Of a stretch of 64,000 nt of DNA, positions 48,396 to 61,871 are shown one piece after another. Numbering within the stretch: position 1 is the stretch's first letter; each line of letters begins with the position of its first letter. Source of the stretch: Phoronis australis (taxonomy: Eukaryota > Animalia > Phoronida); the NCBI GenBank assembly GCA_002633005.1, contig NMRA01000280.1, forward strand, positions 78,080 to 142,079, written 5' to 3'. The notes below the pieces were generated by a model, which saw nothing but the letters and a program-made list of their open reading frames with translations, was not told where the DNA came from and searched no databases. Made by a program: the position numbers and the translations under genes.

Positions 48396-51300
48396 TCGGT
48401 ATGTAAGAAATATTCATAGTTCCTGGTTGGGAAATGTGATGTATTGCTTTATGACCTGGTGAAAAGTTCCATGTGATTTTTTAAAGCCGCATTTACACAG
48501 GAGATAGCTGTCTCAGAGCAACTAACATGGAACAGCTAGTCGGGCACAAGTGTGTGTCTAAACACGACTGACACAGAGCAAGTTGACACCATGGCAACCA
48601 TTTTTGACTCCGATTTGAGAGGTAGGGCGAGTTGCAGCCTTGTCCCCAAGCCTCAAGATGGCACTGATTGGTTTAGAAGTTTTTTTGTAGAAAACCTGCA
48701 AAAGTGGGCTGAACCACGTCAAAGTTTCAAAATTGGACTATGCTGTTGTGATGGGAAATCGCCCCATTACAAAAATATGATGAAATTGAAAAAATAGGCA
48801 GAATTCTAAGACCACCTTCAAAACCTTGTGTATTTGAGAGAGAAACAAAGTTTTATTTTTTAAATGATATAAAAAACATACATTGTTATATGACTGGGTG
48901 GCCAGCAAAGGCACCAGGTTAATAGCTGACCACCAAGTAACAACAAATTAAATAGATATTAACAATTAAGAAGAACAATACACGTAACAACAGAAAAAAG
49001 TACATGTATAATGAAATAAAATGCAATGCAAGTTTATTTAAAAAGGCAAATTAAATGTATTTTATTTGAATGGGGAAATGAAGCTATGTTTCAGAAAAAT
49101 GGTTCACTTTTAGCGATTCAACAATAAAAATAATAGCAAACTGTTCACCGAAAGGTATGGCCATTTACCATAATTAGATAGACAAAACAGTTCCTATCAT
49201 ATGTGGCGAAATGAGTTATCGTTAGGTACTATCTTATCATCGGATTATGATGCTGAAGAAGACTTCTCCTGGACCCTTTGGTGAAATTTAGAAAATTCCT
49301 TTGGTACCCTCCGTCACTGAGAGTAAGTTTTGATAGCTTGCACTGCAGGGAATTCTGTAGAGCATGCATATTTGGAACATTATAGAAAGACCATGTCTGA
49401 TAGCCTAGTAGCTGCTCGATCATAAGGCAATTTCTGCAGAAATGATACATTCTTCTTACATAATTCAAGTTGTTGAAAAGAAACTAATAATTCCAATTTC
49501 AGAAAAGTTAAAACCGGAGACACCTACTATTTTTTGATGTCGCTCATTTGATTGCCTACAAAATGAGTATGCCATCAATGTCTAGGTCAAATTTCCCGTT
49601 TGTTTACATGGGATTGAAGGCCTCAAAATGAACCTTTTGCGCATAGCGAAAGAAGCTGTTCTAAGATAAAATGAGCATATAGCGATTCTTAACCCAGCAA
49701 TATTGTCATGTTCGTTAATTGCCATTTTAAAAGTCACAGTCAAACTGACAACATTATTGCATTTTGAAAGTTTTCTCAAAAAAACGCCTTTTAAGATCAA
49801 GTCATTGTTTCACTTAAGTTTACAATTGTGATTTTTTTGAACTTTATTTCTGTTAAAACTATCAAAGAGAAGGGTTGTAATTGAATTGTTGCCCCAGGTA
49901 TGAGTCCTTTGGTAAGAAAGGCCATAGCCATCTGGACATAAAATTGAGAAATGAAAAAATTGCTGTACCCGAGGTACAGCAAATACGCTTTGGAAGGTGA
50001 AATTGCTGAAAATTGAAGGGTGTGCCTGAACCGCATTGGCTACAATATGTCTGCCTTTCATTTTGTTTCCATGGTGATGCTGGAAATGTTTGAACACATT
50101 TATGGAGTCTATAGTTATTGGTATTCTTGTTCTGTCTGAATATTTAACATGTATTTTCTAAGTTTGTTCAGCTCGGTCAAAGCTCGACATATAAAATACT
50201 TGAAACACAAACTTGAGATTTTTATTTCTCATGGCAGGTTGCAAGTACGTCTTGGAATTTCTTATTTAAAGTTAATAGATTGGTTGCAGCAAATGCTCAC
50301 CAATTTGGGGGTAATATGGTGAACAAATGAAATTTTATTTTCTCATTTTACTTTTCATAAGTGGCATCAAATTAATACTTTGCCAAGTTTAAGTTTTGTA
50401 CCACAGATTCTGCCAGGAAATATTTAAAAAAAATTGTGGGTATTCACTGTGACAGCAATGTTAGGCCTTGAATAACCAAAAGTCGTAAATTTGGCAATTA
50501 TTTTTGTCAGAAATTGATGAGATTTTTTTATTTGCTTCAGTGTGTAAATCTTTTGATTTAAATGATTGTGGCGTGATGAGTTTTGTTTTGTTTTTAAGTC
50601 AGCGTTCTTGTTAAGGTTTTTCCTGAGGCACTCTGTATTCAAGCATGTCAATCCTTTGAGATAAGTTATGTAACTGCGTCATAGAATTTCCAATTCAGTT
50701 TGTGGTCATCTTACATTTGAAGCAGCTGTAGGCAACCTAAAGCAACAAATGAAAGAAAAAATGTCGCAGTGTGGTCCAAGGACAAGTTTCCTTTTTTCCT
50801 CGGTGCCCAACTCGCAACAGGACTAAGGCGCTAATTTGCAAGTTGATGTGCTTATTTAGCCAGATAGTTACAAATCTATAGAATTTAACTCTGTGACCAT
50901 GTATACATTTTCTGAAAGTGAAAAGGCCTGCAGATTGCAGAATTTAGTAAAAAGATAGGTACAGTCATAGTAAAACAAAATAATAATATGACTAATTCTC
51001 ATTTGATTTTGATGTTTCTGATGAAATCTCGAAAACCATGTTCAGTTTTCTAAATTGAAATTTCATTTTTGCTTCACGTAACTTGTGAATTGCTTGTCTA
51101 TAGCTAGTTATTATGGGGTTTGCCTGTACTTTTAAGATTCATTCATAAACAGACACCCACACATCCGTCCAATCGTTGGGCAATGGAAGTTCTTGCATTG
51201 TTTAGACGGCAAAATTTATCCTACGTTCACACGAGTGGCAAAAACCTAGCTAAAATGCTAGTGAAACACTAGAATTTTAGCCAAATGGGCAAACTGTATG

Positions 51301-51611
51301 CAAAGGAGTTGTTCTGCTAGTAGTTAGTTTGTTCCCTCACCAAGGGATGTTCAGTGAAAATAGATGTCAAAACAAGATCAGTCTCAGCTATAAATTGCTT
51401 AATGCCAGGGTAAAAGTGACACTTGTAACCGTTCACAAGACTGACGTTTTTGCTGTTAGCGAAAGTGAGCAAAAACGCCAGTGTTTTAACCAGCATGTGG
51501 ACGGGTTATTACTATGATTCTGCAATTCGTCTATTAACAACACCGTCACTAGTGTAGATTATTATTGCTAACAGACATTTAATTACTTTCTTTCAGTGAA
51601 CGGCAGATTAC

Positions 51612-51733
51612 ATGATGGTGGTTGAGGAAATGGCGATGAACCTGAGCCACTTGTCTGAAGAGGAAAGAAAGATTATACTGAATGTGTTGCGACGAGACGA
51701 AGAACTCCAGAAACAAGATGAGAAACGCCTAAA
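51612..51733 (+). CDS. SYTL4/5: Synaptotagmin-like Rab27 effector, first coding exon (SHD1: MMVVEEMAMNLSHLSEEERKIILNVLRRDEELQKQDEKRL)
   Basis: LSHLSEEE..IIL.VL.RD..L...D..R is the Slp-homology-domain signature; acceptor TTTCTTTCAG ending at 51596, donor AA|GTAGGT. Confidence 0.9.
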
Positions 51734-52159
51734 GTAGGTCCTGATAGCTCTCATGGAATAATGGCCAATTACGTCATCGAGTTATGCCTGTTGTGGTCGT
51801 CTATAAATGGAATTTTGTATCTGGAAATTGTAAAATCTCTAAACGTTGCATGATAACAACTCTCACTCCAGCAAATGTGTTCAGCTCGACTGGAGGGATA
51901 GTAGTTCGTAGTTGGTAAATTTCCAAACCTCCCATTCACAAAACTCAAATTTTGAATTATAACTCAAAATTTCTGTATTTGGAAAGAATTTTCATGCTGT
52001 ACTCCAGTTTTTGAAATTGTGGGTTTGTCATGCTGATGTTCAGTTTGGAGAAGGGTTCAGAGATACTTGAGCAATGATGCTAAATTTTGCTTTTTGCTAA
52101 AAAGAGAAAGTGCATATTAACTCCATTTAATTAAACATTGTCATGATTCATTACTTCAG

Positions 52160-52372
52160 GGTGCTCAATACAGAGATCCAACGTATTCGTAAAAACAGTG
52201 CTCTCAAGGCTGGCGTCGACCCTGGCAACACGTGTTCTCGCTGTCACCGTAAGCTTGGCATCATCTTTGACACAGGTGACCTTTGCCCTCGCTGTCATTC
52301 TAAAGTGTGCAGCTTCTGCCGTGACAACCTGCCCAGTGGGAAGTGGGTCTGCATTCTATGTCATAAGCAACT
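52160..52372 (+). CDS. SYTL4/5: Synaptotagmin-like protein, FYVE-related zinc-finger exon
   Basis: CSRC..LG.IF..G..CPRC...VC..C..W.CILC (FYVE_2/rabphilin-type); TTCAG acceptor, CT|GTAAGT donor, phase 2/2. Confidence 0.92.
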
Positions 52373-54152
52373 GTAAGTAGACATGAAAGAGAACCCTCCT
52401 TAGGCCAAAAAACACAGTTGGTTTTGGTCTCTGTTTTTTGCCTAGACCCAGTTTCTTGCCTTTCTGTACAATTGCTTATAAATTGGCTACTGTCTGTCTT
52501 ATGCGAGCTCAAACTTACTGTATGTTAATTTTTCGGAAAGGATTTTGTTCCCTCTTGACAGTAAAATACACATTGCCTCTCTTAGTCGTGTTATGCACCT
52601 TAAGCAAGGATCAGACCTATCCACCTTCTGAGGCATGAGCTCTGCACATAGTTGTTTTGTTTGTGTTTTCAATGTATGTTTTGTGCAGGAGTTGAACATT
52701 TCTGAAGCAAAAGAACTGTAGACAAGAAATGCTAATCTTTACCATGATAACTTGTACAGCAATGTTAGTTCATTGTATACTAACAATGCATGAACAACAT
52801 TGTGGTTTGGTTTTCTCAGCACACATTTCTTGTGCGTGACAAGATAATAATAAACGATCAAAAAGGATATTTGGTACAATAACTGTGTGAAATAGCACTA
52901 TTGGTTGAACCTTTGGAGACTCGTTACTACAGATTTTTGAAAGTTTTGACTGACAGTAGCGTGTAGAGGTGGGGCTGACGAGGCGTCATCATCGCAGAAC
53001 ATCCAATCATTATTAAAACACTTTTTGAAATTGTGACTGGTTTGTAGTTAAATTGAATAAAAAGTTTCCATTTTATGTTCATCTTTTTACTTTTCTTAGT
53101 ACTATGATCCATGTATTTGAGTAGAGAGGGGAATCCAATAAAGAAAATTGCCCCAGGCATTACCAAACCTCTACACGCTTCTGCTGACAGAACACTTTTT
53201 TTAATTTTAAACATTGTTGAACAGGTTATTCAGTATGTGAATGTGAAAAAAATTGTTGTATTTTGACTTGAGGTTTGATTTTGGAAGTACGGTAAAATCT
53301 CACAAATTTAGGACTCAATATGGCAAACAAGTGAAATTTATGTTTTTTCATGTTTTCCTAATGCATATGTTGCATTAAATTAATGCTTTTCCATGCTCAG
53401 GCTCTGTGCAATAGGCACCATAAGAAAATATTTTGAAAAATGGTGGGCATTTGTAACAACTGTAGAAGACCTTGAAAGACAAAAAACTAAAGGGCAATGT
53501 TGGCAATTATTGTAGGTGAAAGAAGTGAAATTTCTCTGTAGTTGGTATTTATTGGATACCCCAGGGATATTTTATTTGATATTGAAGTGATCGAGTAACT
53601 GACAGATAAACTACATTTAAACTTGAACTGTTCCCACATGAACGGCTGACACTCATGTGGGACCCTCATAAATTAATCATCTGCAGTATCAAAACATTAC
53701 CAACAAGATTATCATTGCTGTTAATTTCAATGACTTAGTTCTTTTACCTTCGTTTATCAAGGTCACCTAGAACCAAATCTTAATTGTTGTTATCGGAAGG
53801 CCGTGTGCACAATATAGAACAAACATACCATGAAACTTGGTCTACATTCAGCATAGATGATCTTGTGGGCATCCGACACTCACATTTTACTGTAGTTGGT
53901 GTTTTGTTGCATAAATAACAGTACCTGCCAAGAACAACCATTGCGAACCAAAATCTGTCACCTGTCTTGATGAGTGGTTATCTGTCTTGACCCGTCATTC
54001 TAACTACCTTGAAAGTGAGTTCTATTCGCATTCAGCCATCACAACAGGAAACTGCTTGCGGTCAGTCGTCATGGTCGGATCATTTTGTCCAAATATTTTG
54101 TGTTTTGTATAAAGTATTTAGCATCTCAATTGGTTCTGTTTTTGTCTTAAAG

Positions 54153-54268
54153 GTTATTGAGGGCAAAAAATGGTCGGTGGTTTTATGATCATGTCAAGAA
54201 AAAGTTTAACGAAGAAGAAATACTTGGTGCTTCCAGAATTGTCCGCGAGTCAATCCGCAGGTCTAAAG
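54153..54268 (+). CDS. SYTL4/5: Synaptotagmin-like protein, SHD2 exon (LLRAKNGRWFYDHVKKKFNEEEILGASRIVRESIRRSK)
   Basis: NGRWFY corresponds to the SGEWFY motif; acceptor TTTTGTCTTAAAG, donor AG|GTAGGT; phase 2 in, phase 1 out. Confidence 0.9.
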
Positions 54269-57200
54269 GTAGGTAGTCCTTGGCCTGTAGAGTATGTGTT
54301 TGCTTTGAATGTGTATGTATGGTGGTTATTGCGGACACTACAATGCAAGTACATTTTCAGTGGCAGTCACAATAAATTGAAATTTGAGTACCAGGGTCCA
54401 TTACACTTATGTGTCAATTTCCAGCTATACTTGAAAATGTCAGAAGACAAGAAGTTTCATAATTGTCTTGTTACTAAAATAGTCGAGGCTATCTGCAGTT
54501 AAGTTATTTGTTGACTTTTAAGTCAGCAAACTACCAGAGATAAACTTTCTCTGTTTGGCATGCAAGAAACGCAAAATGGATTTACGATATATTTGGTTTT
54601 CTTTGTCTATTTTTTTCTTAGCTTGTGTGCATTATATTGGAGCAAAGAGGCAACATTTTCTTCATTGGGAAAGTGTAACACGGTTGTTGTGTCACGTGAC
54701 AAGGCTGGCTGGGCAATTTTAGAGCAGCTCCGAGAGAAGCGGGCCGTATTTTGTGCTGCTGGTCATAGTCAGCTTGGAATTGTCCTCTTTTCAGAGAATA
54801 TCCTCTTTTTTGGTTTCGATTTCCTCTTATTTGATTTCCAGTTTTCCTCTTTTTTGTCTCTTTTTTATCATTGTTTTGACTTTATCCTTGCAAAAACGTT
54901 TATTTCAGTTAAATTTTACTGCACAAAAACATTTCTAGCACACAAGCCTATTTGTGGAATGATACATCAACTGGAAAATTTTCCTCTGTTTTGTCATTGC
55001 TCATTCTAGGCCCTGCATAGTAACAGACTGTCACGGAACAGTCTTCATGTCAGAAGTTACTGAGTAGAATTACTAGGAGTAGACAACTTGGTTTTTGTTC
55101 GAGTTTGAGCGCTGTCAATGCTTAGCTAGTCTTTTGTAGTTTGCCTCTTCTTGTTTTGCTGTGAGGGCTCTGCTGTCGAAAGTTACGCACTGCGTATTTC
55201 AAATCAGCCTGTATTATGCCAGAAGGTTATGGTGATTTATATGTTCATTAATATTAAAAGGTTTCCCTCCAAATGGAGGTATGGCTGCAAGGGTGTTTCT
55301 GTACATGTGTTAGGATACTTTTAACTAATTTAGGGATTATTTACTTTGTATATCTCTAACCACTGTATAATGTGCTTTAATGACTTCAGCATGCATGCTG
55401 TGTCTGAATACTTTGTAGGTGGGAAATGCAGGTGTATTTGTCACATCCGGCAAGTATACATTTACGCACGTAGATGACAATCATCTGCTGTTATGGTAGT
55501 CTTCAGGAGCTTTTTGTGCCATTTGTGTGATTGCACGCTAAGTAACAACTAAAGTTTTTAGTTTGGCCAAAACGGCATTACTGGCTCTGGTCTTTTCCCG
55601 AACTTGTTTTGAGACCTGTATTCACCAACCATAAAAATGCCCGCCCACCTCAATTTTAACCAATGTCTCGAGCTTTTTTTAAAAGCTGCAAAGGTAAGCA
55701 AAGCTTGAAGTGCTGTGCGCTGTGATTTTCCACATAATGAGTAAAAAATAAATCCCGCATTGTTTTTGCTCATTTCAGGTGGATTTTCTCTTTAGCAACT
55801 AAATAATGCCCCACCACAAACTCGTTTTTCAAAAAAAAAACAAAGAACCAGTTAATATGCTTTTTTAGTTTAGATTGTATTTTTTGTTTATCAGTTTGTA
55901 ACCATATGACGTCAGTGCTATCTTTAAGTTTTTTGTTAATTGAGCAACAGCACCATTTATCAAAGTGAATGGCAGATCAAGATTAAAAAAAATGTGCTTG
56001 GAACAAACTGTTAATTTCAATAACTGCTTGCTTCAATTTCATCATATGCATCTTGGAAAACCCCTGACCATCAATTATCAAGTCTACCGTGAACTGACGT
56101 GGATGCCTGACCGTTAAGTGCTGCCACCTTTTGATTACTTCTTTGTTCCTCATGTGAAGCGAGTTGCCAAATTCAGAGCTAAGACGGTGAATTTTCTGTT
56201 GTTTAATATATTCGAAGTAAAGATTTTATTTCCTGCTACATGGTTCATGATGAGAACTATTAGAAATCATTGACCAAGAAAGAGTAATTGGAAAAGTATT
56301 GATCATATTCAGATGAGGACAGAAATCTGCAATATTAATTCAACCAACAGCTTTCTGTTAGATGTTGATAAGCATAACAGTGGGTGAGGGACTTTTATTT
56401 AGTGAAGTGTGCATTTGGCCGATTGTGACCAGTCATGCACAACGCAGTGTCAAATGAGTGCAATGAGTAGCCGTGTTGTCAGATATCTAAATATTCATCT
56501 CATTAAACATTGATCTTGACTTAATGCATGACTTATTAATTTTCCCCGATGAGGTAACCTTGCTTTTGAAGTGAACTGTTTTTGGGCCACAAAATGGATG
56601 AAAAAATTCTCAATCAATAACCGCTTTTCAATTTTTGATGCCGAAGCTTTTTATCTGGGCAACCGATGATTCTAGATAATGATGTCCATAGTATCAATAT
56701 TCATCAACACAAAGGGTATTCAATTGGAGCGTTGAAAGTTGAGTCGGGTTCAGTGTTTACTATTGTTGCAGAATAGACTAATGAGAGACACATTGTACAC
56801 TAACGTATTGATCCTGTCTGTAAGGGAGCCTTTCACTGGAAGGTGTTTTTTCATTATTACCCTATACTATGGCTCATATACAATCTGAGCCACATCTCGT
56901 AATGCCTATTGATTGTCTGAGCATCATTATTCCAATTACTGGCTTTCACTTGATGCATCTGGCTGCATCAACAGTCAGCGCATTCTGATGAAAACTGACT
57001 CACACGTCAATTCCCCGCAGATCCATCTTGACATTCGCACGTCCTCAGCTCTTTCATATTTCCTTGCGTCATATAGATTACCACAGAGCCATTAGTGATC
57101 CATCAGTCCTAACTCTTGAGAGGTCTGGTGTTGCACTGTTTCCAATTCCTAGCTTGGCGATTACTGTGTGGTTAGAATCTGCTCTCATGAAAATCTCTGA

Positions 57201-60200
57201 TGTTAATGAATTATTTATGCCGGACGTTGGAATACAAGATTGTTGAGTGGCATATGTGTTGAATCATACGATCTTTGTGATGAAATGGGCCCTCTCGTGT
57301 GGGCTTGTGCTGCCTGTTGCTGGGGACATGGAAACGACGACGGGTTATGTTGGTGTACTTTGATGGTGCTCATTGTAACAGTTTAGCATGTTTCAACGGA
57401 TAAAGCAAGCTGTGGCGTCAGTGCTTGAAACTCAAGGTACAACTTGCGCATTTATGTGTGTATTATATGACTTAGGGCAACCCAATTAAGTTACATTTTT
57501 GTGCGCCCACACATACATATGTGGGTGTATATTGCTGTCATCTCCGTTTGGGCGTGCGTGGTCTGCTGCTGTATTTCTTAAACCCTTGCAGGATCTCAAT
57601 GTGATTTGGCAGATGTGTTTCTATGAAGCTGATAATGGATGGCAACAAATTTCAAACCAACTACTAATGTGCCTCCTAGAGGCAATTAGCGCTTTTTTGC
57701 ATTTGCCTCTGTATCCACAGAATTGGTTGTCGGATTTTCATTTTAATTTGGCAGATACGTTTCTATTAATGAAATGATCATGATGCTTTTGTATTTTTGA
57801 AGATTTGGCGTATTCTGTTATAGTAATGGCCATTTTTGTTATTTTCGAATCCATCTTTTGGCATCCGCCTCTCTATATCCATCTAACTGCTTAAAGGTTT
57901 ATGAAAATTGGCACATGTGTTGCCGTTGACGTTGGTTTTCGCAAGAATCTGACTACTGTAGCACGCCCTAGTGGCAGTTGTGTATTTTGCTTCCTTAACC
58001 CTTTGCAGCATTTTAGTGAAATTTAGCAACTGTTTTCCTATGAATGTGACTGGCTGATTGTTTTTTGTATGGATCCAACTTAACTGCTCTGTCTCTTATA
58101 GTCGTGGCGGTTTGATTTTGTAAGCTTTCCTCTGTTTCTTTGGAGTTCCTTGACAGATTTTCATCAAACGTGGCAGATAGTCTCTATTAGGGAGCCAACA
58201 ATGCCTCTCCATTTTCTATCGAGATCGAAGTATTCTGTGCCATATAGTGGCCATTTTATAATACTTATAAACACCCCTAGAAGTGTACCAGTTGCTGTGG
58301 AATTGGCGCATTTCAACGCTTTGCGTTGTTCTTGTTACTTTATATCGGTGGTCGGCATCCACTGTGTTGTTGTTGATTAATCAATGAAACTTAACACCCA
58401 AAGCCATCTACCCACAATTACCCATGGCTTCTAGTATTCTAGTATTTGAATCTCAAAAATTAATAAAAATGCTAATCATTGTACTGTCTTGCATATTGCG
58501 TCTTGTTTTGGTATGTGCAAACCAAGTTGTTTTGCCTTTGCGTATTGGAATGTCACACACTTGGTGTATTCTCTATTGTCTCTTCATTTTCTGACCTTTT
58601 GCCATGACCTATAAATTGGGCTCCTCGGGGATTGTAGGAAGTTGAATATGGTTGCAAAATTACCAAGCTTGAAATGTCGTATGAAAGAACCTCATTTAGT
58701 CCGTTAGTTGTGCAGTCTAGCTACATATTCTTACAAAATGGGTGGTTTATGTTTTTTTTTCAAAACGATTGACGGTATTCTGTGCTGTTAACTGAATAAT
58801 CTGAGGTATTTTACTTGTTGGAAAGTACTTAAATACCAGAATTTTTTCAACTTGTCAGTTGCATAGACAGGGGCCTTCCTTGATGTGATTTTGACTTGTG
58901 AAATTTGCCCGCTTTAGTTGAAGTTATTTCGAAAATCATGCAGGAGAGAAGAAAGTTGATCAATATCTTTAAAAAAATTTGAATTTTTTAAGACGCTGTG
59001 CGATGTCCTTAAAACATATTTTGGCGTTTTTTCATTGGTATGCTTGCTTTTCCTAAGCTACATTGTGATCTTATTCATTGTTTGAAATTGGTTACAAAAA
59101 TGGGATGGACTTCTGGTGGCTACACTGCTTTGGCCACGAAATTAACTTCCTGTGACAAGCATTTCGATGGTCTGCTTTGAAGCAATAATGACCTGACCAT
59201 TCTCTAACTTTGAAATTGTTTCTAATCTGAGCAAGGGCCGTGATAAGACCAATTTTTATGCGTTCATATAATGTGGGCGCGTTAATCCGTTACCCCCTCC
59301 ATCTGCCCAGTGTCCATCTGGTGTTCGCCGCTGTTTCTCAAAAGCCCCTTGGCCAATTTTGGTCATTTCCTGTTTTTTCATTCTTTTTATTGTGTTGCTC
59401 ATATGCAACCTCTGCTGTAGACAAATCCATATATCACTGTCCATCTGGAAATCATGCATACCTAGAAACTGTTTGATTTCAATGATATTCTCAGTGTTTT
59501 GTCAGTTCATATTCCATGTACTTTCAGCAGTGACTGCTGTTGTCTTTGTTCGGCATTACCAAGTTTAATTTGCTTGTTATGGTAAAATCTCGACCAATTT
59601 AGGACGCAATATGGCGACCCATGCTTGGGCTAACACCCCCCTGATTTGTCAGGTCTTCAATATGAGCTCCCTGAGCGTTAATGAGTACATTAGTTTACTT
59701 TTTATGGGAGCCATCACTCTTGGGAAATGAAAGTTGAATCCTGAACTAACATTGGAAACTGAACACACAATATGAGTGAGGACCGAGTTGTGGTAAGTCT
59801 TCACTTATTTAGCACACAATATGGCCGACAAATGAAATTCTATTTTGTCAAAGTTCTCCACAAAAATAAAGATTAAGAAAATTTCACTCTATTATTATCA
59901 TGATTTGTACTATGGTATTTAGATGTGGTAAAGTAAATTTGGTAAATTTTCTAGTTATTTGTAATCAGCCTTTGAAAAATGGAAAATGACTATTTTCACC
60001 ACGGGTATTTTTGTGCAAAATAAGTGGAGAGTTGCCATACTTGCCACGAATGGTTTGTGGGTAAAATGTTAACTTAAAGGAATTTTGAACTCTCATCAAT
60101 CCACCAGTGTTGTGATCAGTAAAACGGGATTCCTGTGCTGGTTATATGACCAGAGGTTATTGCTATTTAAAGTGGCTTGCGATTTTCAGAGTAGAGCCTG

Positions 60201-61274
60201 GTGCCATCTCGAGTTCAATCTTGAAGTCACGAGGCACACTACCAGTTACTCATTCTTCATCATTAATTCAAGGTCTTCGTAGGGACTGCGTCAGGTTTTG
60301 CCCTATAGCCTAGTTATGTTTAATATTGCATCTGTTTTACCCTGTAACCTAGTTATGTTCAATAGTGCATCTGACTGATGTCTAAAAATATATAAATTGC
60401 ACATGTTGGCCTACTTGTAATCACAATCATAGGTAGTGTTGCCGTGGACCCTTATGAATTGTTACTTAATGCATTTTTTGATATTGAATCTAAAGCATGT
60501 TGACACTGGTGTGGTTTGTTATGTTGTTGAGTCACAGAAACTGTATCGCAGTTTCTAGATATGCTAGGTTTCCTTTGGAGGAGTCTTTTTTGCAATTTAT
60601 TATCAGCCCTCAAAGCCTTTCAAATTAGATGCTTTATTTGTTGATACTTTATGGACCACATTACAGACCATTAGTCAGTGTGTAAATCTGTCTCCTGCGA
60701 GGGATGATGTCATTGAGTTGGTGAAGCATGAGCAGTCTACCATTTTTTAATTTCTCTGGCGAGAGTGTTTCTCCTGTAACAGATTTCCCTGGAATGTCAA
60801 CTCTTATTCCCTTGGCTTCAGACCACAGTGTCTGTCTGTTGTCCCCATGAACCATGATTTTCTGCGTGATTTTCACCCTAATGGAAATGCTTGGACCAAC
60901 TGTAGAGACGCTACTTTGTTAAAACTGACTGCGCTGGTTAGTCAAATGCATGCGATTCGTGGTGTTGCAAAATTCACAAATTACATTTTTGCTGAGCTAT
61001 GGTCCTAGTTCTTCATGTCAGTATCGTGATGTTTCATTCTGTTGCTGATTCAGCAACCTATATCTGCTTTTGGAATTTTTTACCATTACGTTCTCTTTGA
61101 CCAAAAATAGGTTTTTATAAACAATCCATTTCAAGTCTGTAACCTCATAATAATTGCCTTCATTATGCTTTTGTTTTTGCAAGTCATCTAACAATGTTCT
61201 TTTATCCACCTGAGAGAAAAAGTGCAGTGGGTTAGGGTGCTTCTTTTTAACCTCATGCTTTCCATCTCTTCTAG

Positions 61275-61871
61275 CCCCATCTATTGGCACAACTCTCAAC
61301 AATAACCCAGAACCAACAGGAAGTACCAGTGTCAGAAGTGAACACTTAAAAAAGTCAAAAAATGAAGACTTTGAAAGCATTGATTCATTGTCTTTGTCCC
61401 AACTGTCGTCTGTTTCCCACATAGAGGTGCGCAAAGTTCATTCGCATGCGTACGATGACAGTGATTCGTCAACAGAAGAAGAGGAAGACCCAGAAGTGGC
61501 CATGACAAGAGTACCTATACAGACGAGGTCATTGTCCATTCAGAGTTCTTCGGCATTCTCTAGTCAGAGTGAGAGAACAATCACACCTTCTGACCTGGGT
61601 GTCACAACGCAGCAACGAGAGTCCAAAGATGCTGGCTACAACAGCCATCATGGCCGCCAGGATGGCTATGGCTTGTCACCAGACTCTGTTCTGGAAGATC
61701 CCTCAAACACCAACCATCATGGTTCTACTGCAGTCCCCACTGTATTGCATCCTGACAATGGTAGTGATTCGTTCTCGGATGTTGACTACACGGATGATTT
61801 GTCCAATGACGAATATGGTTCTCCGCCTAAAACTGATAAATTTGACCGAGGAAAAAGCGGCGATCGCTATG
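61275..61871 (+). CDS. SYTL4/5: Synaptotagmin-like protein, Ser/Asp-rich linker exon
   Basis: Acceptor TCTCTTCTAG, donor G|GTATGT; 597 nt open, phase 1/1, compatible with 54268 and 63947. Confidence 0.82.

Noticed and set aside
54170-55009. 110-aa and 149-aa hydrophobic ORFs
   Set aside because: The first is the wrong frame over the real SHD2 exon; the second reflects T-rich low complexity.
57470-59400. Degenerate repeat-like tracts (GA(A/T)(A/T)TTGGCA.ATG units; TTTTTATGCG..GTCCATCTG)
   Set aside because: Suggestive of old Helentron/DINE-like repeats but too decayed to bound or classify by eye.
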